64,000 nt of DNA from Octopus sinensis (GCF_006345805.1 NC_043001.1:33666001-33730000), one strand, 5' to 3'; counted from the stretch's first letter, positions 1 through 12,550 are shown. Numbers and translations are program-made. Notes: a model not told the origin generated them from the sequence alone.

Positions 1-323
1 TTCAAGTCATGAGACTAGCAGTAGACCAATGACATGCGGATACTTTACATGCATAATACCATGTTTTGAGTTGTACCACACACAAGCTATTTTTTGAACT
101 TGAGCAGAATAACTCTTGCATATCATATTATGATAAATAGCTTCATATAGTTCATTTTCATAAACCGGTAGACGTAAATGTACAATGCTATGTTATTGTA
201 ACGGTGAACATAAATAGACGCGAACTCGTTGGCACTTGTGTGTTTGTGTGGCCTCATTAGATAAAAAAAAAACCCAGAGCAGTGTCTCGCATGCCTCAGG
301 TAATACCGGCGTCAAGGGGTTAA
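1..323. mobile_element. Right end of a piggyBac-like non-autonomous element (left end outside window)
   Basis: Ends GGCGTCAAGGGG (to 319) followed by TTAA (320-323), the GGG|TTAA terminus typical of piggyBac-type elements. Only one end is visible. Confidence 0.4.
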
Positions 324-522
324 CAACACAAATTCATATTCTGGTTTAGCCAGTTCATTTATGATGTGTAACATCACTATTATCCACAGTTATTATCCTG
401 CAATGAATCAGATTTTATTATGCAGCTGGTAAAAAATACTTTCATAAATTTTGATAAAACAGAAAATATAAATCACCTCTTGTCGCTAGAAACTAAATTA
501 TTATTTTTTTTATTTCTTATAG

Positions 523-601
523 GTTTCATTATGCAGCAAGAACTTGGGATACCGTGAAAAAGTCTACTCTTATGGCTGAGTACAACCGCTTGTTACCGTG
601 A
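523..601 (+). CDS. Probable last coding exon of an unidentified upstream gene (..FHYAARTWDTVKKSTLMAEYNRLLP*)
   Basis: Strong acceptor ttattttttttatttcttatag at 521-522. The longest frame (phase 2) gives 25 codons to TGA at 599-601. AT-rich UTR-like sequence follows. Protein not recognised. Confidence 0.4.
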
Positions 602-2571
602 ACTGTAAGCAAATCTAGACCTGGTGGATGCTGGCAGCTTTATCTGCAAGGTTTGAATTGCAGGGGCTGGTTTTCTATGAGTGTTGAGGTAATGAGGGAT
701 GTACACAAGCTACCATCTGCTCAGAAGGGTGAGTAGGTTGTACAGCCCAACCAGCCCAGAGTGACAGTGAAAGTCAGCCTGCATCAATCCATTGATGACA
801 CTGGAGAATATAAAGAGACCTGCTGTTCCTTATGTGGGGACATGCCCTCTCTTTTAAGCTCTGGATGTGATGCTGTGAAATATGTTCACTTTGAAGAATA
901 ATTCTTCCAGCAAGTTTTATTCCTAGCCCCTTTCCTACTTCAGCTTTTTGGTTCAAACATGATTTTTTTTTTTCTTTCTTTAGTTTGGCATAGGATTTTC
1001 TGTTCTTTTTATTTCATCACAGATTTTATAGAAGGGTATATTTCTCAGACTTGTGTTCATGGCCCATATAATGTCAGTCACTGTAAGTGTAGGACAGAAT
1101 CCATGATTAAAAACTCTTTGAAACTAGGAAATAATATTCCATACATTGAGAATTTAGTGATTCTAAGTGTCAAAAACAGGTGACAACTATTCACCTCCGT
1201 GACTGGAAGTTGTTCCCTGAAGATTTTTTCAGTTCTTTTAAACAGTTGTAGCTATATCCATACTGGAGCTTATCCTTCAGATAAAGATATCTAAAGTTTT
1301 AGCTAGTTGAATAATGTCGAAATACTTAAACTATAGAGCACCCATATAGTTAAAACTGTACTTTAAAATAGATCTTACTCTATTAGGTTATATTACTATA
1401 ATTGTTCAAGATAAACATACAGTTAGGATATTGAGATGGAAGTCCTTCATTGTGTGAAAAGTATTGGATTTGGAGTGGAATTTTTCACAGACTTGGTGAT
1501 GATTTTAAACTAATGTGAAATATTCTGGTGATTGTTATGGAATTGGTGTTATTAGGTAATTCAAGTTCTATCATACAAGTAAAATCTAATTTTAAATCAT
1601 GTTGTGAATAATTAAAAACAAATAAGAAAAAGTAACAAATTCTTCTGTGAGGTTACTATGAAAGAATATTCACTGAAATTTGTATATTGAAGTTCAAACT
1701 TGTTGCCTAATTATACGTTTTTGATTAAAATGGCCATTAATGTCAAGACTTGAAACTCTGCCATCCGAATTGAATTATGTCTGTGTAAAGAATATGTTAC
1801 TTACTTCAGTCACTCCCATCTACATTTCGCAGTTGAATGCTTGTTTTTGAGAATCCATGCATATCATTTAAAATATGACATCATGGTAAAGCGAAAAGTC
1901 GTTTGTGTCTATGTAGATAATCTCATGACATGCTTAAACAACCAGGAGAAAATAGTGGGTGTGTGGCAGGAAATCAGATTTATTTCCTATGAAAGAAATA
2001 TATTTCCATTTTGCTATCAGCTATTTACTGATTTTATTTCACTTCTCTTTTATATTCATAATGTCAGAAGGCATTCTATTCATTCTATTCTGTTATGTGT
2101 GTTTTTATATATATATACAGTGTTGATTTTTGTGGTATAAATACATAAAAGTGTTCAATGCACCCATGTGTTTCTCTATAATCCGACCCATGTATGATAA
2201 ATAGTGCATAACAAAATCTAAGGCTTAATTGACCTCCAGGTCAACAGCATACATTATTGGATTTCTTTTCAATATGCTGATGTATAATCAACCAAAAAGC
2301 AAATTAAATGAAATTTTGGAGCCAGATATGTAATCCTGTTTATCTTCTTCATAACAAAGACTGTTAGATTTAATGTGGTCATAATAATGGATTTTTTATA
2401 GTTATACAAATTATATTTTAGATTATTTATTTATATGGTGGTTTACGCTGTCTTCATTTGGTCTCCTACTAAGTACTGTTTTCTATATTCATATTCACTG
2501 TCTTTCTCTTCTTATGTGCTGCAAGCTTGTAATATGTTTCAATTTAACATTTTCTGTATTTGAAATAAGTA

Positions 2572-2577
2572 AATAAA
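2572..2577 (+). promoter_or_regulatory. Candidate polyadenylation signal of the upstream plus-strand gene
   Basis: AATAAA followed by T/GT-rich sequence at the end of a ~2 kb repeat-free UTR-like stretch. Not unique in AT-rich DNA. Confidence 0.25.
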
Positions 2578-3309
2578 TGCCTGCCTTAATAACGTCTTGT
2601 TTAAATTGTCTTTCACTGGTAATCTCATCTCACCACCTCATACCAAAGATGTCTTTGAAATAAAGAGGTAACAGGTTTGTTCATTACATCCATTGTCCCA
2701 TGCTAGTATGAGTTAGGTGAATAGATATTGCATCATTGTTTTATACCCACCTTGTGGCTGCTAGCTCATCTTTTTTTCAAGTCTGCGAGTTTTCGTCCCA
2801 CTTTTATTTGAAAGCACTGAGCCAGCAAAAGAATTGTGTACAAGGCAATGTCAACCAACATCGCTAGCTGTAGCTCAATATTTTTCATATTAGAACATTC
2901 ACACATATACACACACATCATATTCTTCTATCCTTCTGCAAGTTAAATGTAATCCATTTAATCTTTTCTCTTCCACTGCTCCATAAATTTCAGCTTTTGA
3001 AATTTTGTAGATGTTTGCAGATATTGGTATCTATACTTTGTTGGTGACCATTAACCTTTATAATATAGCCCTTCTGATCTTAGATTAAATTCTTGGAATT
3101 TAGTTTAATTCCACTAGTCTAAATGCCATGAAAGTTATTGGTTTTTAGGAGTCATTTGAGAGGCTAAATTGAACACCTGTTAAATAATTGCAGTCAAATA
3201 CACTCTTGAGCAGGTAGCTCTTTTACTGAGAATATCTAGTTAACAGACCTTTTAATTGATAATTTAGTGCAATGATACATATTTGTGTGTGGGTAAAGAA
3301 TTAAGTTTC

Positions 3310-5648
3310 AGTTAGCAATGAAAGGAAATAGATCTGTGAAGTGGAGGCTGCAAAGAGAGAGACTTGGAGACACCACTATGAAAGGTTGCTAAATAAAGAG
3401 AATGAAAGGGAGAAAGAGAGTCTGCCGAATGTTGACCCAACAGAGGGACTAACTATCCAAATTGACAGTACCTTGGTAGATAAAGTAATTATGGGTATGA
3501 AGACAAGGAAAACCCCCGGCCCCTCATGAATCACCACAGAGATGCTTAAGATATCTGGCAGTCTCGGCTATAGTCTAGTCACCTGTATAGTCAATCAGGT
3601 GATACATGAAGGAGTCGTACCTAATGACTGGTGTAGCAGCAGCACCATAGTCAACTGCTACATAGGTAAAGGTGATGCATGAGATACGAATGATTACAGA
3701 GGTATCAAGATGTTGGATCAGGTAATGAAAGTCATGGAGAGGATCATAGCCCAACTAATTAGGGAGCGGAATTAGTTTAGACGTGATGCAGTCTGGGTTT
3801 GTGCCAGGGAAAAAGCACCACTGATGCTGTATTTCAGGTAAGACAGCTGCAGAAATACCTAGCCAAAGATAAACCTCTGTACCTGGCTTTTGTTGATCTG
3901 GAGAAAGCCTTTGACAAGGTTCCCTCAATCCCTCACCTGGTGGTCAATGCAGAAACTAGGGATAGATGAGTGGTTAGTGAGAGCTGTACAAGCCATGCAC
4001 AGGGATACTGTCAAGTGAGGGTTGTCAATGAGTATAGTGAAGAATTCTGGATAGGGGTCCACCAAGGATTAGTCCTCCAGGCAATAACAGGAATTCAAGA
4101 CAGGATGTCCCTGGGAGCTCCTCTATGCTGATGGCCTTGCTCTAATAGCTGAGTCACTATCAGAACTAGAGAAGTTTTAGGTGTGGAAGCAAGGTCTAGA
4201 ATTTAAGGGCCTTAGACTCAATCTAGCAAAAATAAGTAGGAAGGCAGGCAAATCAGAAATCCCTTCAGTTTGATGGCCCTGCTTGATCTGTAGAAAAGGC
4301 GTAGGTAGAAACTCCATAAGATTTACCTGGTGTAAGCTATGGACACATATGAGATGCAGCAATATTAAAGGAAGGTGAACTGGGAAGATAGTTTTTGCAT
4401 GTGGAAAATGCTCAGGAGCAATAAACACTGAAAATGTGCAGAAAACAGCTTCCATCACAAGCCAGGGAAAAAAAAAAACTAGAAGTAGTTGATAGCTTCC
4501 GTTGCCTAGGTGACAAAGTCAGTAGCAGGAGTGGATGCTCTGAGAGTGTAGCTGCTAGAATAAGAATAGCCTGGGCAAAGTTCAGAGATCTATTTCTGCT
4601 GGTGATAAAGGGCTTTGCTCAGAGTAAAAGATAGACTGTATGACGCATGTGTGTCAACAGCCATGCTACATGGCAGTGAAATATGGGCCATGACTGCTGA
4701 GGACATACGTAAGCTTGCAAGGAATGAAGCTAGTATACTCTGCTGGGTGTGAAATGTCAGTGTGCATACACAACAATGTAAGTGCCCTGAGAGAAAAGTT
4801 AGACGTAAGAAGCATCAGATGTGGTGTGCAAGAGAGACAACTGTGCTGTTATGGTCATGTGTTGCATATGGATGAGAACAGCTGTGGTAAAAAGTTTCAC
4901 ACCCTAGCAGTTGAGGGAACCTGTAGAAGAGGAAGACCTCGCAGGAGGTGGGGAAGCACGACCTTCAAATGTTGGGCCTCACAGAGGCAATGAAAAGTGA
5001 CCGAGACCTTTGGAGATATGCCATGCTTGAGAAGACCTGGCAAGCCAAGTGAGACTGACTGGCCTATGCCAGTGCAGCATAAATGGCCCATTTAAGAGTA
5101 CCCTTCAGTCATTGGGCAATAAACAGCGCTTGCGAAGACCTGTTGAGTCAAGTGAAGTCATTGTCATGGCCAATGACAGTACTGCCTGATTGGCACCTGT
5201 TCCAGTGGCACATAAAAAGCACCATTTGAACGTGGTCCATGCCAGTGCCGCCTGAATTGTACCGTGCCAGTGGAATGTAAAAATCACCATTCAAGTGTGG
5301 TCATTACCAGTGCCGCCCGACTGGTCGTGCCAGTGGCACGTAAAACGCATCATTTGACCATGGTCGGTACCAGTGCCACCTGACTGGCTCCTGTGCCGGT
5401 GACACGTAAAAAGCACCATTCAAGCATGATTGATGCCAATACCGCCTAACTGGCCTTTGTGTTGGTGGCATGTAAAAAAGAACCCACTAGACTCTCGGAG
5501 TGGTTGGTATTAGGAAGGACATCTAGCTGTAGAAACTTTGCCAAATCAGATTGGAGCCTGGTGCAGCCTTTTGGCTTGCCAGCTCTCAGTCAAACTGTCC
5601 AACCCATGCCAGCATGGAAAATGAACATTAAACGATGATGATGATGAT
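3310..5648 (+). mobile_element. RTE-clade LINE, 5'-truncated and frameshifted (RT, C-terminal Cys motif, tandem-repeat 3'UTR, (ATG)n tail)
   Basis: Translates in pieces to KPLYLAFVDLEKAFDKVP, PWELLYADGLALIAES (YADD motif decayed), WPCLICRKGVGRNSI and CGVQERQLCCYGHVLHM. Ends with GTGGCACGTAAAA repeats and ..ccaacccatgccagcatgg..acgatgatgatg. Confidence 0.9.
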
Positions 5649-6454
5649 AATAAAATTACATAACACACCAGAAGCATATGAATTAATTTATAAACATACT
5701 CAATTATTACTGCCAAATGATTTTAAAGTATGCCCCATTAGATGATTTATTCAACAGGTATTATATAACCAAAACATACATAGTTCTGCCTCACTGAAGT
5801 TGAGATCCAGCTAGGTTGAAAACATACTCTTGTTAGACCTGCTTGTCCACTTTATGACCATAAAATTGTGTAGTAGGTCTAAATGCTGTGCATTAATAAA
5901 ATAAATAGCATTTGGATCTCTTCATTACTTGGACATCGTCCAATACTGTTACAAATTGTCATGCTAAACCTTTTGGTTTTGGTTTAGGTTTTTTTTTTTA
6001 TTTGTTTTGCTTTTGACTTATTCAGTTTAAGGAATTTGAAACTGAATCTTGACATTTTTTTTTATTCAAGATATAAGTTCAATATTCAAAATAAACTATT
6101 CAAGAGAAAAGAGAAAAAAAAACTACTGCAATAAGAAATGTGTTGTCTTAATTCTGGCCAATATAATGTTAAAAAGAAATGTTAAGAGCTATGTACTCTT
6201 AGGGAAAATACTACTACTTACAATAGATCTGTAGATAAAATGTTTTATTGATTGAAAGTTGGAGAAAGGATTTTGTTTGCAGCTTTCAATGTTGCACACA
6301 TTTGAGAAATTAGACCATAGTTTCCTTATTTTAATATTTGTTTTTTACTTACAAGCCAAATTTTTTTAAGAGGGTGAAACAAGATATTAAATCTACTCAG
6401 GCTTGTACAGAGACAAAGCCTGGCAATTTCAAGTAAAATGAACTGGAGATACGT

Positions 6455-6830
6455 AAAAAGCACTATCCGAATCGTGGCCGATGCCAGCACCACCTCAACT
6501 GGCTTCCGTGTCAGTGGCACGTAAAAAGCACCATCCGAATCGTGGCTGAAGCCAGTCCACCTCGACTGGCTTCTGTGCCGGTGGCACGTAGAATGCACCA
6601 ATCCAACCGTGGCCGATGCCAGCCTCACCTGGAACCAGTGCAGGTGGCACGTAAAAAGCACCCACTACACTCATGGAGTGGTTGGCGTTAGGAAGGGCAT
6701 CTAGCTGTAGAAACATTGCCAGATAAGACCGGAGCCTGGTGCAGCCTTCTGGCTTCCCAGATCCCCAGTCGAACCGTCCAACCCATGCTAGCATGGAGAA
6801 CGGACGTTAAACAATGATGATGATGATGAT
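6455..6830 (+). mobile_element. RTE 3'UTR fragment with tandem units and (ATG)n tail
   Basis: Same sequence as the 3' ends of the RTE copies at 5100-5648 and 46104-46430. Confidence 0.85.
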
Positions 6831-7423
6831 GCCATGGATAAAGTTAGGAAAAATTTAATAGGAATCTTCAGTTTGGTTTAAATGTAACTATCATCACCTG
6901 TCTAATTACAGCCAGGTAACTGGCTATTACTAAACAACTTAGGACAGGCAAGTACAATTCCTATGAAAAGGCTATATATGTTCAAAGAACCTCTAGTCAC
7001 TACCACACCAGCTATAAGGAATTAGAATCAGAAGAATATCTTATCTTTCTTCAGAGATATCCTGAAAAATCTTAATCCCATTATAATGAGATGTCAGTGG
7101 GAAGACTTTTTAACAAGAAATTAGTGATTATAGTGTTTGGCCCCTTCTTATATTATCCTCTACATGCATCATGATTCCCTTTACACCCCTTTTTCCTCTC
7201 AACTCATTTGTGCTTCGTTGTTCACACGTTTTTTCATGCTAGTATGGATTAGCAGAGTACACATTGAGGCATTTTACAACCCCCTTACTGTCACTAACAC
7301 TTACCTCTCTTAAGCATCTTCTTTGCCCTTGTAGCAACTGATGATGAAGATGCTATACAAATGAATGGATATGACTCTTTGTAATATTTGTTTGATTATG
7401 TGAATTGCTATCCTGTTTCTTAA

Positions 7424-7543
7424 CCCTTTAAGCCCTGACCTCCTGAACCTTATTTCTAGATGCACTCCACCGGTAGAGCAGTGCTAATGATATAGAGAAA
7501 AATAAGCCATTCACTGGTAAACTGGTGTTATAGGCTCAAAGGG
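7424..7543. mobile_element. 120-bp piggyBac-like MITE
   Basis: TTAA on both sides (7420-7423, 7544-7547). TIRs CCCTTTAAGCC / GGCTCAAAGGG match 10 of 11. Confidence 0.75.
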
Positions 7544-7818
7544 TTAAGCATCTCAACAATTACCCCATAATGATTAAAAAAGTTTTCTCTGCCTTCATAT
7601 TATTATGCTTGCTACATTCTACTGGCAACTTGAATGGCTGACACCTATGTTGGGTCTACTTAGGGAAGACCTCTCTCTTGTGTATGTCAAGTATCACTGT
7701 CATGCAAGCAGTGCCATTCATTTCCAATCTTCCATAAAAAAATGTCTGGTCATGAAAGTTGGAAATAGGTAAGGGTTAGTGACAGGAAGAGCATCTGTCT
7801 GTTGAATATTCACCTCAT

Positions 7819-8057
7819 GGTAAAGGTGGCGAGCTGGCAGAAATGTTAGCATGCCGGGCAAAATGCTTAACCATATTTCGTCTGCCGTTACGTTCTGAGT
7901 TCAAATTCCGCCGAGGTCGACTTTGCCTTTCATCCTTTCGGGGTCAATAAATTAAGTACCAGATACACACTGGGGTCGATGTAATCGACTTAATCCCTTT
8001 GTCTGTCCTTGTTTGTCCTCTCTATGTTTAGCCCCTTGTAGGCAATAAAGAAATAAG
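7819..8057 (+). mobile_element. tRNA-derived SINE with a MetaSINE-like central domain
   Basis: Perfect 14-bp TSD AATATTCACCTCAT (7805-7818, 8058-8071). B-box-like GAGTTCAAATTCC. Central gcctttcatcctttcggggtcaataaattaagtacc resembles the Meta domain (from memory). A-rich tail. Confidence 0.8.
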
Positions 8058-8267
8058 AATATTCACCTCATCAAATTCTGTCCAACCCATGCAAGCTTGG
8101 AAAAGTGGACATTAAAATGATAATGATACCAATTTGATATATACCCTATAGCAGTATCAATATTTCAAATCATGATTCCCCTCCAGAGAACTAAACAAAT
8201 TAATAACACTGTATATATATAATTCTTAGGGGTAATGTTTATCCCCAATTAAATATGAGTGCTCTCA

Positions 8268-8520
8268 TCATCATCATCATCATCGTTTAACGTCTGCTTT
8301 CCATGCTAGCATGGGTTGGACGATTTGACTGAGGACTGGCGAACCAGATGGCTGCATCAGGCTCCAATTTGATCTGACAGAGTTTCTACAGCTGGATGCT
8401 CTTCCTAATGCCAACCACTCCAAGAGTGTAATGAGTGCTTTTACATGCCATGGCACACGAGCCAGTCAGGCGGTACTGGCAATGGCCACGCTCAAATGGT
8501 GTTTTTTACGTGCCACCAGA
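8268..8520 (-). mobile_element. RTE 3'-tail fragment
   Basis: (CAT)n followed by gtttaacgtctgctttccatgctagcatgggttggacg, the reverse complement of the RTE 3' end. Confidence 0.85.
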
Positions 8521-9051
8521 ACAAAATACACTGCAGTAGTTACCATGAGAGAAACTCTCATAATGGCTTGTTGGTGAAAAATGCATTCTTGTATAAACAA
8601 AAATCCCCACTATTTACAATGCCGAGACCACCAGATCACAGGGTTTCAACCTTGTTATATAATTCTTAACTAAAAAAAAATGAATAAATACAATAAAGCT
8701 AAATGTAAGCTTGGATCTGTACTAAAAAGCCCAGAGAATTCCTGCTGGGACTTCCCCTATAACTACATTAATATTTAAGTTCCTGACCATGCTACCCATA
8801 GGTTTAACAATGACCAAGATGCTATTTATACCCCCTGTAAAAGCAACATTAACCCCAACAACAATTGTTTAGGGAATATGAACTACCATAATTCCATTAG
8901 CCATAACATCCCTAATAGTGCTACAACTGTATACCCAAATGCAATATTTCCAAAAACTACTTTTGAATTTAACAACACATGTACTGTGGCTAACACTATT
9001 ATTGATGATCATAACATTAAGTCTAATAATATAGGCTGCTGGAACTGAAAT

Positions 9052-9083
<32 letters not shown>

Positions 9084-9499
9084 CGAGAGAGAACAACAAT
9101 ATACACTTCCCACTGTCAGAGAATAAGAGAAAGTGGTGGCTAAGAGAATAGACTTAATTATTGATGACATCCGATACAAAAAAAAAGGGCTTTGTAATTC
9201 CAGAATTACAAAATGATCAGTTTCATTTGTCACCCTAGTAAAATACTGCTGAAAGCTTAACAAGAAGGCAAAGGAACTTCAAACCAAAAGAGTGGATGTA
9301 CAGCATAGCTGATCTTCAACATCAAACTATTAATCAAGAAATATCTGCAACACCACTGTGATCTCTACCGCAACTTCACTGACTTCAGTTAATGCTTTGA
9401 TTGTGTTCAGCATGAAGGTATGTGGTAACTTCAATACCAACCTCATCCTAATGTTTCAAGTAGTAAATGAAAATGTAAATTCAAATCTAACAATTTTCA

Positions 9500-10680
9500 T
9501 GAATAGCAATCTCAGATTTTTTCAGAACAGTTAGAATTTGTTAATGCTGTCTCCTCTTGCCAGGATTTTTCAACATCTTCTTGGAAAACATTGTGCAGGA
9601 AACACCAAGTGAGTTCCACACCTCAGTTTCTATAGAAGGATCTCTTTTACTCTTTTACTCGTTTCAGTCATTTGACTGTGGCCATGCTGGAGCACCACCT
9701 TTAGTCGAGCAAATCAACCCCAGGACTTATTCTTTGTAAGACTAGTACTTATTCTATCGGTCTCTTTTTCCAAACCGCTAAGTTACGGGGACATAAACAC
9801 ACCAGCATCGGTTGTCAAGCAATGTTGGGAGGGACAAACAGACACACATATACGACAGGCTTCTTTCAGTTTCCGTCAACCAAATCCACTCACAAGGTTT
9901 TGGTTGGTCTGAGGCTATAGTAGAAGACACTTGCTCAAAGTGCCACGCAGTGGGACTGAACCTGGAACCATGTGGTTGAAAAGCAAGCTACTTACCATAC
10001 AGCCACAGATGACCACATTTTAATAAGTGTTTTGCTGACAATATCAGCTAATGGGAGGCAGTAACGCAAAAGTATAGAAAGCCACAACCAGAACACAATA
10101 ACAAATATCATACTGAATGGACAAAAACTGAATGAAGTGGACAATTTTAAGTATGTTGGTCTGACTTTGAGCAATAAAGGAGATAGATGTAAGTCTATTG
10201 GGTTTGACCTTATCTGCCGTGACAAAGTTGAACATCATTTGGTAAAGCAGTTCTATCAGTTATTCTATGAATTTTATATTCATACAATAACAATCCCAAG
10301 GTATCTCAATATTCCTTTGTGAGTTTGAAACCTTACGTTAACATCAAGCACAGAATAAAAAAATACAGATATTTGAGCACATGTGCTTCAGAAGGCTGTT
10401 CTCCATCTTGTACCTAGAGTATTAGGTAAAGAACTTTGTCAGACAACAAATCATCAGACAATTAATATGCTGCCAAATATATTTGGAACAATCAAATATC
10501 TCATCATAACACCTTGTCCAAAACTATAATCTAGGGCGCAGCTGAAGGGAGGATCTGACAACATTAAGGACTAGAGAGGTTTTAAAACTGTGACCCTTTT
10601 AGGTGTGATAGAAGATAAGGATCAGTGGAAACTGCTGACTGCCTCAGCACCAAGAGTACCAACCCTAATGACTGACTGTG
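9500..10680 (+). mobile_element. Old degraded RTE-type LINE RT fragment of a second family, split by a SINE
   Basis: Remnant translations FNIFLENIVQETPSEFHTSVSIEG, FADNIS (FADD decayed) and NIILNGQKLNEVDNFKYVGLTL. Confidence 0.65.
9643..10006 (-). mobile_element. tRNA-derived SINE family A, inserted into the degraded RTE
   Basis: Reverse complement of the copy at 50963-51387 (head ggctgtgtggtaagtagcttg, tail gactgaaacaagtaaaagag). Confidence 0.9.
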
Positions 10681-11414
10681 CTTTATCACTTTCTCTAATC
10701 TACCTGTATGAATAACTTCCCTTTAGTGGCTAAAATCAATAACATTTTAAATTCTTTAGTTTTCAAACAGCTGATAGTATGAATTATGTTTTGTGACCCA
10801 CGCAAAGAGCTTTTTTTTTTTTTTTTGGTATAATCAATAATTTCTATATCTTAAATAAGCCTGTCCAGCAAACCTTATATTTTTGCATTGTTTTTGATTT
10901 TCAAGTTCTTTCTGAAGTTCTTTATGTATTATTATATTTATTTTGACATATATTTGCCATTTAAATATGGCTAACCCCTAAGGGTGGATGCTACTGTAGT
11001 TTGTAGCCCCAGGAGGACACCTCCTCCAGCTGGCTTTAGACATACTTTCTGTGCCCTATCAGTATTTGCAAAGGGAAGCCATCCTTCCCATCTCCAACTT
11101 ATGATATACACGGACTCGAGTTTCAGGGTATTGACCCATCATCGGCGTGTGACAATCACAGTTGTCGATGAAAAGTAGGTTCCCTTCACAAATACATATA
11201 CTTTTTCCAGTATCGTAAAGACACTGATATCGAAAAAGTGTAAACAAGCAATAATAAATCTTAGAGCAAGTTATAAACAGTAACTGCAACACATCGTGAC
11301 ATATATTTGTTTATTTTTTAACAAGAATTTTGCATATTTGATGTATTACTCATTCCTTTTAGAGTCACTGAATGGTATCATTAGATTAGAAAGGTTGGTA
11401 TTGTTGCATGGTAT

Positions 11415-11705
11415 TCATCATCATCGTTTAACGTCCGCTTTCCATGCTAGCATGAGTTGGACGATTTGACTGAGGGATAGCAAACCAGATGGCTGCACCA
11501 GGCTTCAATCTTGATCTGGCAGAGTTTCTACAGCTGGATGCCCTTCCTAACGCCAACCACTTCGAGAGTGTAGTAGGTACTTTTATGTGCCACCGGCACG
11601 GGGCCAGTCAGGCGGTACTGGCAACAACCTCGCTCGAATCTTTTACACATGCCATAGGTGCCGTAGGGCGATGCTGGTAACGATCACGCTCGAATGGTGT
11701 CTTTT
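11415..11705 (-). mobile_element. RTE 3'-tail fragment
   Basis: (CAT)n plus gtttaacgtccgctttccatgctagc and tandem units. Confidence 0.85.
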
Positions 11706-12222
11706 ACAAAAAACAAACTATATTCTTTATTCTAATATATTGAGTTCTTCATTGTATGACTGTTAATAGATACCAGCATCATTCTTGCTTATACTGGCAC
11801 TAGTTGGAGGGAATCTATTGAAGCAGTACTATTTGGTTGGATACGCTTCCTGTTACCAAACCTTGTTTCCGAGAAAAGTACTTATTCTCCTGGTCTTTTA
11901 TATAATATATGACAAGAAAATCCACTAGAATATATGTGGATAGGTACCAGTAAGGCGATGCTGGTAACAATCACGCTCGAATGGTGTCTTTTACAAAAAA
12001 CAAACTATATTCTTTATTCTAATATATTGAGTTCTTCATTGTATGACTGGTGATAGATATCAGCATCATTCTTGCTTATACTGGCACTAGTTGGAGGGAA
12101 TCTATTGAAGCAGTACTATTTGGTTGGATATGCTTCCTGTTACCAAACCTCGTTTCCGAGAAAAGTACTTAGTCTCCTGGTCTTTTGTATAATATATGAC
12201 AAAAAAATCCACCAGAATATAT
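11667..12222. repeat. Direct tandem duplication, period 287 bp
   Basis: 11667-11935 and 11954-12222 align without gaps; I count about 10 mismatches in 269 bp. Confidence 0.95.
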
Positions 12223-12550
12223 TTCACCTTTATTTCCTATCTACCCGCTTTCTTTCTATCTCTCTTTCCTGATTTGAACTGAAAACCATTATAATTTTTT
12301 CGCAATGTCTCCATCTCTTGAACAGTTTCATCATCATCATAAATAGGATAAAATTAATAAACATGATTGTCATTCAGTCTGTATTAACGATACACAAAAT
12401 GTCAAGTCAACAGAGAGAGAAAGAGAGAGAGAGATTATTAAATACATGAAAGTTAATTACTTACTTGTCCGTAATAATACAGATTAAAAAAAGGAAAGGA
12501 CTACCCACATACCTTTCCCCTGAAAAAGAGTGAACGAGCTAATCACAGAA

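Noticed and set aside
599-601. In-frame TGA as selenocysteine
   Set aside because: The context RLLP-U-T matches no selenoprotein motif I know, and I could not identify a SECIS element downstream.
8859-9049. Open frame ending ..IGCWN*, resembling the start of a LINE endonuclease (xTWNV)
   Set aside because: No further APE motifs follow the (TA)n tract; too little support.
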